From the NCBI RefSeq assembly GCF_052425735.1, contig NC_135759.1, forward strand, positions 33,170,001 through 33,234,000: 64,000 nucleotides of DNA, in the 5' to 3' direction. Shown piece by piece: positions 62,501 through 64,000 of this stretch (position 1 is the first letter of the stretch; the number at the start of each line of letters is the position of its first letter). Origin of the DNA: Oculina patagonica. Its lineage: Eukaryota. The translations under genes were made by a program, and so were the position numbers. The notes under the pieces were generated by a model. It ran no database searches. It was given only the letters and a program-made list of their open reading frames with translations, and was not told the origin of the DNA.

Positions 62501-64000
62501 TTCATTGTAAAGAAAACAAATCATTTGAATATCATTAAAACACGCGTTGAGATCATTTAAAATATAGATATTAAACGAAAACAATCCGATTGCAGTAACA
62601 ACAAACCCTTTACGATGATGAGATTCAAAGTTACAGGTCTTCAAAGTAACTGATGTAAAAAAGCCAAACTTTGTCTTTGAACGATTTTACGAAGAGTGTA
62701 AAAAAAACTCGAGCCAAAGTGTTCACTCTGACCAATTATAAAGGACCCAGACAGTCCAGTGAACCCAATCAAACCGGCCTTGAATCGAATACATGTAGCC
62801 GGCAGGAAGCGCGGGGAGACGTGCGTGAGCGAGTCATGATTGGTTTTGCTTTTACGTCCTATCAATTAAAAGTGATGGGAAGTTTTTCAAAAAAATAATA
62901 AGCGTAGTAGTGCAAAACCAAAGGAAACACGAATTACAATTTACATTTTACGTTCAAGTGCAAATCGCTCTATCAGACAAGAAATTACTCTGGTACTCTG
63001 GTAATAGCTCCTTTGATTCAGTAAAACCGATTTCAGAAAAAGTGTCAAAAAAGTATTTCCAAAATTCATGCAAATACTTGTTTAAGAATTGGTCCATTCA
63101 GGAAGTCAGCGTAACTTAGATATATATTTCATTAAAAACCGACTGATTGTCAATTTTGTGAAGATTGATCATTATGTCAAGAGCGCTTTTAAACACTGAG
63201 AAAGACGGGAAAATCGTGACCATTTGGTAGCCCACCGGCTGATTCTTGCCCAGTCGTCTTTTAAGAGAAAATTTTAAGAAGCATAAATAGGGGATGAGTC
63301 AGAGTCGTACCGAGCATTTTAAGTAATTACATTATTAAAAGCCGGTTTCCACTGTTTAGAGACATAAGGTACACCTACTTCTTTTGTATCGCCTTATTCG
63401 ACGTCTCCTTCTTCTACGCTTTATTCTACGCCGTCTGCGTCGTCGTCTTCGTCGTCTTCGACGCCGTCTTCTGCGTTTGCTTATTCTTCTTCCTCTCCTT
63501 CCTTTAAAAAAAAAATAACCGATTAATGCAGAAAATAAATTTTAAAAACAATTTCCTCACCCATATTATTGCATTCCATATTTAGTAGCCCGGTAATAAT
63601 CACAAAGCCGTACCTTCTCTGTTTTCTGAGCAAAGCCCATCCAAGTTATCTGAAGTACCAAGCTTTACCAAATACCGGTACCATTGTCAATGTTACATAA
63701 TGTATTGGGGAAGGGAGAACGAAATTTTCATAGAAAATAAGGGAGACCAAGAAAGAACCAGATGTATTGTTCCCGATTTAAGGTGACCATCGTAAAAGTT
63801 TAAAGGCGCTTAAAGCCTTATTCAAGAAAAATCACAGTAGACCGCTTAGTCCGAGATGTTAGCATTTGTTAGCAAGTTGGTATCAGGCGAGCGGGAAATT
63901 GAAATACGTTAGATCATTCATTAAAATGTGCTGTATATCTAAATAGGTAAAAATGAAATCGTTCTACTTACGTCTTCGTCTTCGATAGCGCCGTCGTCGT
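17799..64000 (-). CDS. Giant multi-exon arginine-rich modular protein (>5,400 aa, N-terminus outside window), function unknown
   Basis: 43 exons with canonical splice sites on the - strand, in transcription order: 63972->64000 (partial), 63379-63501, 61859-62371, 60893-60977, 60516-60551, 59599-60075, 58511-58573, 58289-58324, 57278-57754, 56270-56305, 55782-55814, 55110-55148, 54367-54876, 53431-53460, 52163-52672, 51004-51253, 49406-49879, 48525-49031, 46609-47082, 45535-46056, 44700-45143, 42712-43173, 41846-42337, 40835-41383, 39328-39840, 38399-38878, 36922-37368, 35800-36270, 34936-35415, 33474-33992, 32303-32863, 31144-31761, 29695-30270, 28237-28818, 27209-27760, 25835-26317, 24760-25203, 23863-24291, 22947-23396, 21714-22097, 20646-21068, 18472-19061, 17799-18010 (stop TAA). 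Phases match at every junction except the 85-nt exon 60893-60977. I found no in-frame stops. Confidence 0.88.
20094..20177 (-). pseudogene. tRNA-like sequence (tRNA pseudogene or SINE head) inside an intronic repeat
   Basis: On the - strand: GCGCTGGTGGCCTAATGGTAAGGCG (A box) ... GGGGGTTCGAATCC (B box); anticodon and acceptor stems pair poorly. Confidence 0.4.
20646..49879 (-). CDS. Array of 25 symmetric phase-2/phase-2 module exons (384-618 nt) of the Arg-rich gene
   Basis: Every exon length is a multiple of 3. Nearly all junctions split an Arg codon (AG|A or AG|G). Shared layout: aromatic/cationic segment, then a poly-Arg tract, then a C-V-(M/L)-R-F-R-Y-x-R-R-W-R-x-V-Y-R-R-G-like segment. 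Confidence 0.88.
25308..25670. mobile_element. Diverged copy of the MITE at 52829-53233
   Basis: AGGGACTATGTCA ... CCGTGACATGTTCACTTTAA; shared internal CCGAGCCATCCGCAGCCAAAC. Confidence 0.7.
34088..34432. mobile_element. PIF/Harbinger-like MITE
   Basis: GGTTGGTTCTCATG ... CATGAGAACCAGCC flanked by TTA, with internal CGATCG-rich subrepeats. Confidence 0.6.
47128..47432 (+). mobile_element. tRNA-derived SINE, full length with 14-bp TSD
   Basis: GGGAGGCGCGGTGGCCTAATGGTTAG (A box), GAGTTCGAGCCC (B box), TTGGGCAAGACACTTTACTC...CCACCCAGGTGTATAAATGGGTACC; TSD TTGTTATTGAATAA at 47113-47126 and 47433-47446. Confidence 0.9.
48265..48366. repeat. (GACA)n microsatellite
   Basis: Imperfect GACA/GATA tetranucleotide run. 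Confidence 0.9.
51840..52121. mobile_element. MITE (GCAGTTTTCACTTGAGTGTCG TIR); a diverged inverted relative lies near 62677-62972
   Basis: GCAGTTTTCACTTGAGTGTCG ... CGACACTCAAGTGAAATCTGC; internal AACCAATCATGACGCGCTCGCGCA matches the reverse complement near 62822-62845. Confidence 0.75.
52163..64000 (-). CDS. Phase-1 zone of the Arg-rich gene: 477-513 nt domain exons interleaved with short (30-123 nt) Arg-rich exons
   Basis: Large exons 61859-62371, 59599-60075, 57278-57754, 54367-54876, 52163-52672. Short exons 63379-63501, 60893-60977, 60516-60551, 58511-58573, 58289-58324, 56270-56305, 55782-55814, 55110-55148, 53431-53460, flanked by AG acceptors and mostly GTAAGT donors. Confidence 0.8.
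52829..53233. mobile_element. Kolobok-like MITE (AGGGACTATGTCACGG TIR, TTAA TSD)
   Basis: TTAA|AGGGACTATGTCACGG ... CCGTGACATAGTCCCT|TTAA. Confidence 0.85.
53670..53861. other. Assembly gap (192 N) flanked by (GGAT)n and (GACT)n microsatellites
   Basis: Run of N; simple repeats at ~53500-53587 and ~53864-53915. Confidence 0.99.
57125..61625. repeat. Tandem segmental duplication (~57125-59222 and ~59445-61625), each copy holding one domain exon and two short exons
   Basis: Near-identical 477-nt exons (57278-57754, 59599-60075), 36-nt micro-exons and intron sequence, with copy-specific indels. Confidence 0.92.
57890..58063. mobile_element. Tc1/mariner-like MITE (TA|CAGTCAAC...GTTGACCG|TA); truncated duplicate near 60211-60345
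   Basis: Terminal CAGTCAAC/GTTGACCG with TA flanks; internal CGCTATTGCGGAC repeats. Confidence 0.7.

Overview
Eukaryotic, intron-rich genomic DNA. The repeat landscape suggests a marine invertebrate, probably a cnidarian such as a stony coral; this is an inference. Two genes converge at their 3' ends. (1) On the + strand is a complete 13-exon SETD3 gene (actin-histidine N-methyltransferase; CDS 800-15357, 548 aa by my splicing), whose intron 5 carries U12 minor-spliceosome signals. (2) On the - strand, from beyond the window end (>64000) down to a stop at 17799, the many separate 'Arg-rich ORFs' are exons of one giant gene. I traced 43 exons with canonical GT-AG boundaries and consistent intron phases, about 16.4 kb of CDS, giving >5,400 aa with the N-terminus still outside the window. 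The protein is extremely cationic (roughly half Arg by eye, plus Lys/Gly/Tyr/Trp/Phe/Ile/Val). It is built from repeated aromatic/cationic beta-hairpin-like modules joined by poly-Arg tracts, has essentially no Asp/Glu, and ends in a short acidic Pro/Thr/Ser-rich tail. A 5' zone uses phase-1 exons and 30-63 nt Arg-rich micro-exons and includes a recent ~2.2 kb tandem duplication. A 3' zone is an array of 25 symmetric phase-2 exons. I do not recognise this protein as a known family. Introns hold many MITEs (TTAA-flanked Kolobok-like, Tc1/mariner-like, hAT-like, Harbinger-like), tRNA-derived SINEs with TSDs, a 52-bp minisatellite, microsatellites and one assembly gap.
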